Shown in pieces: positions 17,576 to 27,279 of a stretch of 52,601 bases of DNA. The position numbers and the translations under genes are program-made. The notes under the pieces are model-generated. The model was not told the origin of the DNA and searched no databases. It was given only the letters and a program-made list of their open reading frames with translations. The number at the start of each line of letters is the position of its first letter. Position 1 is the first letter of the stretch. The DNA comes from a virus (Duplodnaviria > Caudoviricetes): positions 1-52,601 of IMG/VR virus record IMGVR_UViG_3300045131_001121. The stretch is one strand, 5' to 3'.

Positions 17576-17607
17576 CAAATATATGAAATTTTTATAACAA
17601 TTCCAAA
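17576..17607 (-). promoter_or_regulatory. Bacteroidota-type promoter for the tmRNA
   Basis: TTTG-N20-TATATTTG, 13 nt upstream of the mature 5' end. Confidence 0.8.
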
Positions 17608-17964
17608 TTATTGTTTAGAAAATTGTAAAGTATTTTGTAAATATTTGTGTAAAGATGGAATAGTTTTATTACCAATTTTAATTGATTTACCATTTGCATC
17701 CATTATTTCGGTTGGATTTCCAGAAATTTTCCAAAGAATAGCAACTATTGTAAAATACGGACTTATTTGCAATGATGCAAAATTATATTTACTTACTTCA
17801 AAAATATAAGAATTTATATCATTAGATTTTTGAACAAAATACCTTTGTATATATCCTCTTTTATACTCGATTTCTGTTGGTGCCGGTATGTATGCTAATA
17901 TTTCTGGTAATTCATACTCGGAAAGATTATTGTTTAATTTTTTATATCTATCTGGATTTATCAT
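17608..17964 (-). CDS. Hypothetical protein (end of the baseplate operon)
   Basis: 118-aa ORF abutting the hub gene. Confidence 0.7.
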   Translation of the reverse strand: MINPDRYKKLNNNLSEYELPEILAYIPAPTEIEYKRGYIQRYFVQKSNDINSYIFEVSKYNFASLQISPYFTIVAILWKISGNPTEIMDANGKSIKIGNKTIPSLHKYLQNTLQFSKQ

Positions 17965-17965
17965 A

Positions 17966-20647
17966 TTATTGCATTTGTCTATATTGTCCGGTTACCGATG
18001 TTGTCCATGTCATACCACTCACATTATGTTCTATTTCTATAATCTGAAATAAACCATGTTTGGCATATTTTGTTGGTATTCCAAGAATATTGAAAGTATC
18101 ACCCCTTCTAAACCCACTTGTACCTAAAACTTTAAAAGTGTATTTTATTGGAAGTGGATGTGATAATCCTTTTGCAGTAGTTCCTTTATTTTTATTTGCA
18201 AATGCATCATTTTTTAATCTATCAAATAATGGCTCATCATCCATACAAAATATCTGAAATTTTTCTTTTAAAATTTTTGTGGAGGTGATATCACCAAGTT
18301 CTTCTGGAATGGTATCCAGTTCAACTTTGGGTACAACATCTATTTTTTCTAAATTAGCGCCGATGGCTTTGGCGGCAATTTCGCCTTTCGGGTCATCTTC
18401 TATGCCTTTTTCCTCCGTTTTTTGCTTTTCTAAAATTTCTCTTGCCGCTTTATTTGCTTTTTTCTCTGCTTCCAATGCTGCTATTTTTGCAGTGACTTCT
18501 TTTATTTTAGCTTCAATTTTTGCTTTTTTGTCAGGATCTAATTTTTCATCACCATCTGGATCAAAATCGTTCCAAGCAACAGTACCATCATATAAATCAA
18601 GTTCTGTTGTTAATTGTCGACTATTTTTAAACAATGCACTTTTTTCTTTATCTATCGCAGAATCTCTTGTATTACTCGCACTAATTTTTTCTTGAGTTTT
18701 TTCAGAAGGTAGTTTTTTATCTTCTGCCGCTGCCGCTGCCGCAGCCGCCGCTGCGGCTTCATCTTCTTTCTTTTTTTCGTCTTCGGTTAGTATCTTTTTT
18801 GGGTTACCATTACTATCGGTGTAACTGGTCAAAAATAAATCCGTTTGGCTTTCAAAAAAGCCACCAACTCCAACAATCGGTTCATCTGGATTATTTGCCA
18901 AAGATAACCTTCTACTAATAATTTGATTGGTCATTTCAGACGGTAATGCAATATCTATACTAGCATCTAAAAATATAGAATAAGGACCCGAATGATAGAA
19001 TTGTACCGAGCCATCCGTTTTTTTTCCAATCCAATTTTCATCAACAACACTTAGTATAATATTACCATCTTTATCTTGTTGCTCAACTACCTGAAAATTC
19101 CAAAAGGAATTTACAGCTGATGACATTTCATTTAACATATCCAATAGAACTTCCCTAATGGTTTTATTTTTTTGTTCTAGTTTTGACCTAAATACTTCAA
19201 AATTTATATAAAGGTTTTTTAAATATCCCCAATAATTTCCTTTTTCCGTGTGAGATGGGCCTAGAGAAGTATCTGCGGTTTCAACAAATGCACCAACTGT
19301 TGGTAATTTATTATTTACAACTTCAAATGGAGATTCTTTGTCGCCCGCCACTTCAAATCGTCCACCAGCTTTTTGACTTATTACGCCTGAATTTAAAAAA
19401 TATGCAGAAAAATCAGGCATATATCCTGGTATTATCAATTTAGAATCTTTTGTGGAAAATATATTTGGAAACGCTCCTATTTTTGCATTACTAATATCAA
19501 TTGTAATAGGAAGTTTTTTTCCGGCTAATATATAATCACTAAATTCTCCATTTCTATTTAAAATATCAATAGCCAATTCAAATCGTATATATTTGTTTGT
19601 TGAAAATAGTTTTTCCTTTTCTATTTTAGCTTTTCCAACTGTTACGGTTTCGGAAGCACTTGTAAAAGTACTTGCCCACCATCCGGGAGATGAATATGTA
19701 GTAATTGCCTTGTTTACGGCTGCATCAAAATTTATAAAATCATACCAGTTCACTTTATTAGTAGTTAACAAATCCCTTACCGCTTCTATTTGTCTTGTAG
19801 TTGGTAATTGGTTATACATATTTTTGAACCGTCTGTTCTTTCTCACATCTTCACCAACAGCAGGAGAAATTGTATCGGCTACATCATATAATATTGGCTC
19901 GCCTTCCTTTTCTTCTATTGTTCCGTCACTGTTTATTTTTAAAGTTTTATTTTGCGATTGTAAAAATGTTGGCATTCCTGGTGCACCTCTTAATTTTACT
20001 GATATTTTCCACTTATCATCATCCGATTGAACATTCCCACCCACTATAAATCCTAAAAACGTATCATAATCTCCCAAACTATCAATCCTTCTTTGGTGTA
20101 AGTTATTACCATTTAAATTACGGTCTGCTGCAGCTTGTAAAATACCCGCAGTACCGATGTTTGGCATTTTTTGCGCTAACCCTACATTGCTATTCCATCC
20201 ATATTCAATACATAAAGAATATCCAGGCTCTAAAAAATACCTTTGCATTAGCTCCATTTGTTCCAATGAAAAGCATTCTAGTGATAGAGTACATTCTCTT
20301 GAAATTTGGTCCTTACCTTCTTTTATTTGTAAACCAGTTATACCAGGAGAAGGTCTTAACGGTCCACCTGATGATATAAGGGCTCCTCCCGCCCAAGTAT
20401 TACCAAAAGTTCCACCACTTACTGAATTTCCATATACAAATCCCGCATTATTAGTTGTAGATGGATTAAATGTACCATAATTCATATTAGATGATATAAC
20501 CAATCCTTCCGCAGCTCCGGTTTTTGCACCAGAAAATACTCTAATCCAACAAATTCGTTGAGAAGCATTTAAGCCGGCTTTTGTTCCAAATTTAAGATTG
20601 TTTGCAATCTTAGAGTCAATGTTAGATAATTGTGGAAATGTACTCAT
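17966..20647 (-). CDS. Probable baseplate hub protein (gp27/gpD-like) with a charged coiled-coil insert
   Basis: Position after the LysM-type gene; C-terminal KVLGTSGFRRGDTF...FQIIEIEHNVSGMTWTTSVTG is typical of hub proteins. Confidence 0.6.
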   Translation of the reverse strand: MSTFPQLSNIDSKIANNLKFGTKAGLNASQRICWIRVFSGAKTGAAEGLVISSNMNYGTFNPSTTNNAGFVYGNSVSGGTFGNTWAGGALISSGGPLRPSPGITGLQIKEGKDQISRECTLSLECFSLEQMELMQRYFLEPGYSLCIEYGWNSNVGLAQKMPNIGTAGILQAAADRNLNGNNLHQRRIDSLGDYDTFLGFIVGGNVQSDDDKWKISVKLRGAPGMPTFLQSQNKTLKINSDGTIEEKEGEPILYDVADTISPAVGEDVRKNRRFKNMYNQLPTTRQIEAVRDLLTTNKVNWYDFINFDAAVNKAITTYSSPGWWASTFTSASETVTVGKAKIEKEKLFSTNKYIRFELAIDILNRNGEFSDYILAGKKLPITIDISNAKIGAFPNIFSTKDSKLIIPGYMPDFSAYFLNSGVISQKAGGRFEVAGDKESPFEVVNNKLPTVGAFVETADTSLGPSHTEKGNYWGYLKNLYINFEVFRSKLEQKNKTIREVLLDMLNEMSSAVNSFWNFQVVEQQDKDGNIILSVVDENWIGKKTDGSVQFYHSGPYSIFLDASIDIALPSEMTNQIISRRLSLANNPDEPIVGVGGFFESQTDLFLTSYTDSNGNPKKILTEDEKKKEDEAAAAAAAAAAAEDKKLPSEKTQEKISASNTRDSAIDKEKSALFKNSRQLTTELDLYDGTVAWNDFDPDGDEKLDPDKKAKIEAKIKEVTAKIAALEAEKKANKAAREILEKQKTEEKGIEDDPKGEIAAKAIGANLEKIDVVPKVELDTIPEELGDITSTKILKEKFQIFCMDDEPLFDRLKNDAFANKNKGTTAKGLSHPLPIKYTFKVLGTSGFRRGDTFNILGIPTKYAKHGLFQIIEIEHNVSGMTWTTSVTGQYRQMQ

Positions 20648-20654
20648 TTATAAA

Positions 20655-20948
20655 TTATGATTGTGTAAATGCTCCTGCTATTTCGATATAATTCGCAGGT
20701 ATTCTTAAAATAGTTCCTTCTTCAAATCCAATGTTTGCGTCATGGATATTATTGGATGTTGCTATAATCCACCAATATCTTGAATCTCCATAAAATTGAT
20801 ATGCCAAAGTATCCAATCTATCACCGGTTTCCGTTGCTACAAAGGTATCTTGGTCAGATGGCGGGATATTCGGATATATTTTTGACCTATATACCTGTCT
20901 ACCATCTATTGTTTTTTTAATTTTATTATTTAAATATCTACTTTCCAT
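20655..20948 (-). CDS. LysM-type baseplate protein (gpX/gp53-like)
   Basis: GDRLDTLAYQFYGDSRYWWIIATSN...GTILRIP. Confidence 0.8.
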   Translation of the reverse strand: MESRYLNNKIKKTIDGRQVYRSKIYPNIPPSDQDTFVATETGDRLDTLAYQFYGDSRYWWIIATSNNIHDANIGFEEGTILRIPANYIEIAGAFTQS

Positions 20949-20969
20949 TTATATTTGCAATTATTATAT

Positions 20970-22949
20970 TTACCTGGATGGCCCATCAACGAAATTGTCA
21001 ATCCATTTTCTCTCATAGCTAAGTAATTCATCTTCTCTCCTACCTTCAGGTCCTGCGTGCAATGGTTGTTCTCCATCTCTTACTATATATACAAAATTTC
21101 CTCCTTTTGGTTTTTTGTATATATTCAAATCTTTGTATTTTTCTACAAATATACCATTTGGACCTATTTTTTGTTTTGGTGCTTCTGCAACTGGATTTTC
21201 TGGTTTTTCTGCAGTCGATGCGTTTGGAGAATCAGAAACTTGTGTTTGTTTGATTGGGTCACCCCCCTTATCTAAATTTTTAATTCTGTCCTCATTTAGT
21301 ATTTGATTTGGATTAGATGCCCCATATCCATATAAACGTTTTGCGGAAGCAGCTATGGCAGGTGCTGCCGGAACTGCAGGCACTACTTTACCATCCGCAG
21401 TTTTGCCTTCAGCCACTGCTTTTCTCTCACCGGTTGCCATTTGATATGTACTACCAACTGTTTCTACTAATTTAAGAGTCATAGTGACATTAATAAGTTT
21501 TGGTAGTATATATTCACCCATCCCTAGTCCTTCCGCATCGATTTCCCACGGCGCATCATCAGGTATTTCATATGATAAATCCGAAATAAACGCTTCTTTA
21601 TTAACATGCATACTCCCCAACGTAAATCTAATAAATGGTGGTACTACCGCAATATTACCTGCATACCCTTGTGGATATGTTAAATTAGTTAAAAAATTAA
21701 TTTTTTGCCAACAAGCTTTTAATTCATCCGCATTAAGTGCATATATTTTAAATGCAAAATTTACACTTCTTTCAATATTACTATATGTGTAAAAATTAAA
21801 TGGATTACCTACAAATTTTTGAGTATCCCAAGTTGGTGATACCGTTTCAGTAATACCGGTTAAGGTTGCTCTGAAATTCACAGCCGCTTGTTTAGCAACA
21901 GACCAAAATTTTAGTTCTACTAAATCAAGTGATTTTAATGATGGTAAATTCTCATCCCTACCGGTTGGCTTTGAGCCATCCGCAGACTCATATTGAACTA
22001 TTCTATTTAATTCATCCGAACCGTTTCTCATTCCTTTTTTTACTTCCAAAAGATTTTCAGTAGCAATGCTTTTTCTTTTCGAATACATCTGTTTGGGTTC
22101 TTTTGAAAAAGCGGGTACTGCAATATAATTTGTTATAGGTAATGGTAGATTGAATTTATCGGGTTCATACGCAACAAATTTTGATGATAAATCATTTCTT
22201 TGTGCAATTGCATCTTCCTTCAAATACAAAGCTGGAGTCATTACCTTTCCATATGGTGTCTCGATATCATAGTTATCTCCACCATCTTTTGCAAAATTAA
22301 CTGCCGCTTGTGATGGTGAACCTAATAATAAAGTATTTAATTTCTTTTTACCTAATTCTAAAGCCGAACCAAGTATTTGATTTGGGTTTGGTCTTCCTTG
22401 CAAATTATCTTTAATAAGTTTACCCAATAAATTACCACCAGAATTTGTTTTTAACTTAGCCAATGTGACCATTGTATCGGATACTTTACTCTTTTTGAAA
22501 TCAGAATTTAATACAATACGGCTTGGTATTAAATCTTCTGGTAATTTAGCACCGATTTTCGATAACAAATTATTACCAAATTTTTCAGCTTTATTTATAA
22601 ATGAAGTTAATTTCCCAACACCCGCCTCTGCACCACTGGTTCCTTGCTTCATATCCTCAACAATACCTCTGGTCTTTTTAGCAAATTTAAGTATATCAGT
22701 TCCATATATAATTGGAGATGTTGTACTTGCCAATATTCTTAATCCAGTTACTTCTGCTTCTAATTTAGTTTCTCCTAATCTACTAGATAAATTTCTCCTT
22801 GCAATTTCTGCAATTTTAAAAGATGGTCGCATTAGGACATTATACGGCGTTCTTTTTATATCGGCAGTATTACGAATATCATATTGTTGCTCAGCGGTTT
22901 GTCCACTTATCAACTTTTTGGTTTTAAATAATTCTTCTATTGTTGGCAT
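20970..22949 (-). CDS. Probable tail tube initiator/baseplate cap (gp48/gp54-like domain)
   Basis: FRATLTGITETVSPTW...YTYSNIERSVNFAFKI...PPFIRFTLG...ISDLSY...PWEI; lies directly after the tape measure gene. Confidence 0.6.
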   Translation of the reverse strand: MPTIEELFKTKKLISGQTAEQQYDIRNTADIKRTPYNVLMRPSFKIAEIARRNLSSRLGETKLEAEVTGLRILASTTSPIIYGTDILKFAKKTRGIVEDMKQGTSGAEAGVGKLTSFINKAEKFGNNLLSKIGAKLPEDLIPSRIVLNSDFKKSKVSDTMVTLAKLKTNSGGNLLGKLIKDNLQGRPNPNQILGSALELGKKKLNTLLLGSPSQAAVNFAKDGGDNYDIETPYGKVMTPALYLKEDAIAQRNDLSSKFVAYEPDKFNLPLPITNYIAVPAFSKEPKQMYSKRKSIATENLLEVKKGMRNGSDELNRIVQYESADGSKPTGRDENLPSLKSLDLVELKFWSVAKQAAVNFRATLTGITETVSPTWDTQKFVGNPFNFYTYSNIERSVNFAFKIYALNADELKACWQKINFLTNLTYPQGYAGNIAVVPPFIRFTLGSMHVNKEAFISDLSYEIPDDAPWEIDAEGLGMGEYILPKLINVTMTLKLVETVGSTYQMATGERKAVAEGKTADGKVVPAVPAAPAIAASAKRLYGYGASNPNQILNEDRIKNLDKGGDPIKQTQVSDSPNASTAEKPENPVAEAPKQKIGPNGIFVEKYKDLNIYKKPKGGNFVYIVRDGEQPLHAGPEGRREDELLSYERKWIDNFVDGPSR

Positions 22950-22960
22950 TAAATTATATT

Positions 22961-25372
22961 TTACGCTTGTCCCATGTTATAGCTATTTCTCGTTGTTTTT
23001 TCAACTTGCGTATTAACATTCGAAGTAACCTTTGCAGAATCCATATACACTGCTATTTTACCAGATGCCATATCCGCTCTTAATGCTTTAATTTCGTTTA
23101 CTACTGCTGCCAATGGTGCTGCTAATGCCGATAAACTTCCTCCACCGCCACCCCCTGCTGCGGCTCCGGCTAATCCTGGTCCGGCCATTAAATCATCATT
23201 TTTACTTAATTCAAATAACCCACCTTCTTTGGTTGATATTCTGGTTTTCCCATCAGCTGGTGACATTACGTCTCCCGCCTTTTGCATATACGATTTACCC
23301 AACATATAGGCACCTGCCGCTGCAGCTGCTCCTAATACAGGTCCTACTACCGGTATCCCACCTAACGCACTAAATGCTTTAGCAGCCATAGCCGCTATAA
23401 GAGGAAGTAATCCTTTTACTTCATATGCCGCTTGTAGCTTTGAGTATCCAGCTTTAGCTGCATCTATCGCTAAACCAGCCTGGTCAATTAAAAATTTAGC
23501 ATTTGTAATTGCAAGAATTGTACCTAATGTTCCAGCAAATACAAGGGCTACATCTGAAATTTCTTTTATATAATCAACCATATGTGCAAATCCTTCTACT
23601 GCTGCGTTTATTGGCATAAGAATTAAATTCAGTATAGTAGCCACACCCTCTAATAGTGGAGATAACGTACCACCAATAGTTGCAACAATACCCATAAATG
23701 CGTTTTGCATTCTAGCCAATTGTCCTTGTTGTTCGTTTTGTGCTGCTATTTTTTTAGTTTCTTCTGCTAATTGTTCTTTGGTCATATTGGTAATATCCAA
23801 TCCTTTATCAATAGCATCCGTTGCAAGTTTCTTTTCTTCTTCAGTTAACCCATTCAACTTTTCTTGCATCATTAACTGCTTATTTATTTCTTCAACACTC
23901 ATACCGGCTGCTTTGGCCAATTGTTGTTGTGTAAAATAATCTTTTTGACGGAAATCACCACTTCTTTGAATTTGTTTTAGGGTTTCTTCATTTGCGTCCT
24001 GAAGTTTACCTTCCATTGCCAATGCTCTTGCTCTACTTAAATTAAACTCACCCCCTACAAACGTTGCCGCTACCATTTCTTGCTCAATACCATTTTCAAA
24101 ATCTAATAATTTTTCTGCCAATGATACCTGTTGTTTTAACGAAGTACCCATTCTTTGAGCTTGTATTGCATTTTTAGTTAACGCATTTATATCACCTTTA
24201 AAAAATGTAGATGCAGCTTCAGCGTTTTCGGCAATATCTTTAAATACTTTATCAGGTGCAACTCCGGCTAATTTAGCCATATTTGCAACTTGATTTCCTA
24301 CATTAGCTGCTGTTTCCGATGATAACCCTCCAACACTTTCAAGGACACTTTGTACTTTTGCAGCATTACCCGCAGAAACTCCGAAGTTTTTACCCATTAC
24401 GGTTAATGATGCCAATACTTCTTCAGAAACATTTACAGTATCACTAAATTCTTCTTTTAATGCTTTCGCAGTATCAAATACATCTTTTAATTCAACACCA
24501 GCATCTCTGAAATTCATTTCAATGTGATGTGCGTTGTTAACTAAATCCTTTGTTTGTGAATTTAATAATCCGGTTTCTTTTCTAAAATCTTGTGCCGCTG
24601 CATCTAACGCTATAAATGAGTGTAATGCTGCTCCTATTAGTGCATACATTATCATAAGAGGTGCACCTATCGCAGCTATTTGTCCCACCATCTTTTTTGC
24701 CATATCCAATGCATCTCCTATAAATCCAGGCATATGATGTAAAAGTTCATGATTAGCTTCATGAATTGCTTCACTTCTTGCTAATTGTTGATTAAGATTT
24801 TTTAATGTTTTTAAATGAGCTTCCGCTTCTTCCTTTGCTTCTCCAGATAAATGCGCAATAGAACGTTCTACGTTTTCTATTTCTTTATCTGCCTCGGATA
24901 TTTCATGTTTAATGGCAGCTAGTTCTTCTGATTTAAGCATTATCGATGAATTCATGCTTTCCAAAACCGCAGTTTCTTTTTGTGAAGCTTTTAAAGCATC
25001 ACCTTCTAATTGCAATTCTGCTTCTTTTCTTGCTAAAATTGTTGCAGTTAAACTTGATAGTGTATTTGCACCAACTGTTTGTTTTTTCAAAACGCTCAAT
25101 GCACCCTTTGACATATTAGCCAATGAAGTTAAACTACTTTCTTCATAGTCTAAATATTCTTGTCTTTTTTTGAGCCCTTTAGCGGAATCAGTTTGTAATC
25201 TTAAACGAATTTTCTCCGTTTGTACCATACCCTCCAATTCGTCTCTTTCAGAGCCGGTGGCAAGCGCTATTTTTTCGTTTATAATACGAATACGCTCTTT
25301 TATTTCTGCGTTTTCTTCTAATAAACGATTTAATTCTGCCTGGTCTGCTGGTGTTAGTGGTGCTACTGCCAT
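22961..25372 (-). CDS. Tape measure protein
   Basis: 803-aa Ala-rich helical/coiled-coil protein with hydrophobic segments, between chaperones and baseplate genes. Confidence 0.8.
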   Translation of the reverse strand: MAVAPLTPADQAELNRLLEENAEIKERIRIINEKIALATGSERDELEGMVQTEKIRLRLQTDSAKGLKKRQEYLDYEESSLTSLANMSKGALSVLKKQTVGANTLSSLTATILARKEAELQLEGDALKASQKETAVLESMNSSIMLKSEELAAIKHEISEADKEIENVERSIAHLSGEAKEEAEAHLKTLKNLNQQLARSEAIHEANHELLHHMPGFIGDALDMAKKMVGQIAAIGAPLMIMYALIGAALHSFIALDAAAQDFRKETGLLNSQTKDLVNNAHHIEMNFRDAGVELKDVFDTAKALKEEFSDTVNVSEEVLASLTVMGKNFGVSAGNAAKVQSVLESVGGLSSETAANVGNQVANMAKLAGVAPDKVFKDIAENAEAASTFFKGDINALTKNAIQAQRMGTSLKQQVSLAEKLLDFENGIEQEMVAATFVGGEFNLSRARALAMEGKLQDANEETLKQIQRSGDFRQKDYFTQQQLAKAAGMSVEEINKQLMMQEKLNGLTEEEKKLATDAIDKGLDITNMTKEQLAEETKKIAAQNEQQGQLARMQNAFMGIVATIGGTLSPLLEGVATILNLILMPINAAVEGFAHMVDYIKEISDVALVFAGTLGTILAITNAKFLIDQAGLAIDAAKAGYSKLQAAYEVKGLLPLIAAMAAKAFSALGGIPVVGPVLGAAAAAGAYMLGKSYMQKAGDVMSPADGKTRISTKEGGLFELSKNDDLMAGPGLAGAAAGGGGGGSLSALAAPLAAVVNEIKALRADMASGKIAVYMDSAKVTSNVNTQVEKTTRNSYNMGQA

Positions 25373-25383
25373 TTAAATCAATG

Positions 25384-25623
25384 TTATTTAAAATCCTTAT
25401 CTATAATACCCAAATCTTGCATTTTTTTAAATAATTCAGGTTGTGTATCTTTTATTTTTTTGATTCTAGGAATAAAAGTTTTGGCAATATCTTCCATTTC
25501 ATTATCCAATTTTCTCATTATTGGGTCTGCATCTATGATTGATTGCAATGTTTGCGGTTTCTTTTTACCAAATAATCCAAAAAATTCTTTTAAATTGGAT
25601 TTTGATATTTTATATTTCTTCAT
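25384..25623 (-). CDS. Hypothetical protein
   Basis: 79-aa ORF with a TATTTATA motif upstream. Confidence 0.65.
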   Translation of the reverse strand: MKKYKISKSNLKEFFGLFGKKKPQTLQSIIDADPIMRKLDNEMEDIAKTFIPRIKKIKDTQPELFKKMQDLGIIDKDFK

Positions 25624-25675
25624 ATTAGTTGTAGTTTAACATCTATAAATATCCTATTAATAAAAAAAGTTAGGA

Positions 25676-25895
25676 TTATCTATTAACCCTAACTTTTGAA
25701 TTATTTGCTTTGTTTGATTTTTTTACTTCATCTGCTTCTTTCTTTTTAGAATCTACTAATTTATTATAGTAAAACATCCTTAAATAAGTTGGCATTTTAT
25801 AAAGTTCCATTACAGTAAAACCATTCCCATATTGAACCATATCAAATATTTGGGTATGAACTTGAATACTATGATTCCGTGCTAGGCCAAAAAAA
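25676..25895 (-). CDS. Frameshifted C-terminal extension of the tail assembly chaperone (G-T-like)
   Basis: Open in the +1 frame from the T7 run at 25889-25895; FTVMELYKMPTYLRMFYYNKL resembles chaperone T regions. Confidence 0.65.
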
Positions 25896-26627
25896 GCTGA
25901 CACCCATAGTGATAGGCGCCTCCTCCACCTCTCCATCTTCATGGATATGAGTAAATTTCATATCAACATCAGGTGATATTTTTTTTACATAACTTCTTAA
26001 TGCTCTACTATCTATTGCCAACAATCCATTTACAAATTTGTTTATAGTTGTTGATGAATTATCCCCATCAACCGATTGAATCATATAACGTAGACGAGTT
26101 GTAATTTCTGCACCAGCACCACCTAATTTTTCAATAGCCTGAATATCTTTATCTATTGCTATTTCGTCACCATGTGTAAGTAATTTACATATAATTTTTT
26201 TCTTATTAGATGGTAATACGAATTCAAATTCATTTTTATTATCAAACGATGATAAATCTACTTCTTTTGTTTTTACTTTACCCAAATCAACCTTTGCATC
26301 AATTGTTTCATTTAATTTAGATGAATAAAATTTAAAAAGATACTCCGGACCATATCCCAACAATCTAGTTGCAAGAATAATAGCGTTTTTATCTCCTAAA
26401 ATAATTTCACTAGGATTTACGTTGCCAACAATAATAGATTCAAATAATTTATCCAAAACAATACCTTTTTTAATAAGATTTTGATTTGAAAGAATATCTT
26501 CTTCTTTTGCTGTCATATGTTTTATAGTAATTCTACCCGAAGCCAATGGGTGGTCTTTTGGGTAAACCTTACCCTGTGATGGAAGGTCTAATACTTCCGT
26601 TGGAAAATCATATTGTGTTTCTACCAT
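25869..26627 (-). CDS. Tail/baseplate assembly chaperone (gp26/gp51-like, G-type)
   Basis: LPSQG..YP, MTAKEEDIL, GDKNAI, LPS repeat; ends SFFWP; lies between tube and tape measure genes. Confidence 0.75.
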   Translation of the reverse strand: MVETQYDFPTEVLDLPSQGKVYPKDHPLASGRITIKHMTAKEEDILSNQNLIKKGIVLDKLFESIIVGNVNPSEIILGDKNAIILATRLLGYGPEYLFKFYSSKLNETIDAKVDLGKVKTKEVDLSSFDNKNEFEFVLPSNKKKIICKLLTHGDEIAIDKDIQAIEKLGGAGAEITTRLRYMIQSVDGDNSSTTINKFVNGLLAIDSRALRSYVKKISPDVDMKFTHIHEDGEVEEAPITMGVSFFWPSTES

Positions 26628-26685
26628 AACGTTATTCGTTTTTAAGTTTGTATATATAAATACATAGAAATTAAAAAATTGGAAA

Positions 26686-26717
26686 TAAAAAAGGGGATAC
26701 TTTTGATATCCCCTTTG
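26686..26717 (-). terminator. Rho-independent terminator after the tail tube gene
   Basis: AAAGGGGATA...TATCCCCTTT inverted repeat with a T-tract. Confidence 0.8.
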
Positions 26718-26737
26718 TTTTTATATGTTTTCTTAAA

Positions 26738-27226
26738 TTAGAATTCAAGAATTGCGTAATCGTAAGATAGTGTTAATTCAATGGTTGCAACTTCATTTGA
26801 TGAAAAATCTAATTCACCAAAGTTTGCTTGTTGAATAAATGCACCTTTTAAAGTCCATTGTTCAATCTTATCACCAACAGGTCCTAACAAATAGAAAGTA
26901 ATATCTTTTTTATAGAAATCTGCATATCCACGTCTACCAGTAATCGATTCATGTCCTAAACGAATCCAATCCATTACCTTTTGCGCCGCAGAAGGTACAA
27001 TTGGGTCATACAATGTTATAGTCAAATCTTGCCAATCAGCTTTACCTTGTAATTTTCTTTTAACGTTGATGTGGTCTAAAGAAATTGTTTCAAACTGAAC
27101 TGTAGGTCTGTTCATTGCCTTTACAAGATATGAAGGGATAGTATCTATCTCCATCACATATCTATTTTTCATTTTAGGTTCGAAGTTCGTATAGAACATC
27201 TTGTCAAACTCTAATATTTCTGCCAT
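26738..27226 (-). CDS. Tail tube protein (gp19-like)
   Basis: EPKMKNRY, WQDLTITLYDPI, YKKDI, WTLKGAF, LSYDYA; follows the sheath gene. Confidence 0.9.
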   Translation of the reverse strand: MAEILEFDKMFYTNFEPKMKNRYVMEIDTIPSYLVKAMNRPTVQFETISLDHINVKRKLQGKADWQDLTITLYDPIVPSAAQKVMDWIRLGHESITGRRGYADFYKKDITFYLLGPVGDKIEQWTLKGAFIQQANFGELDFSSNEVATIELTLSYDYAILEF

Positions 27227-27279
27227 TTTATTATCCTTTTATTTTATATTAATAAATATCTACTTCCTTTATTTTCGTA

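Noticed and set aside
18530-18570. EF-hand in the hub protein (DPDGDEKLDPDK)
   Set aside because: It lacks Gly6 and Glu12 of the canonical loop and is a single copy in a low-complexity insert.
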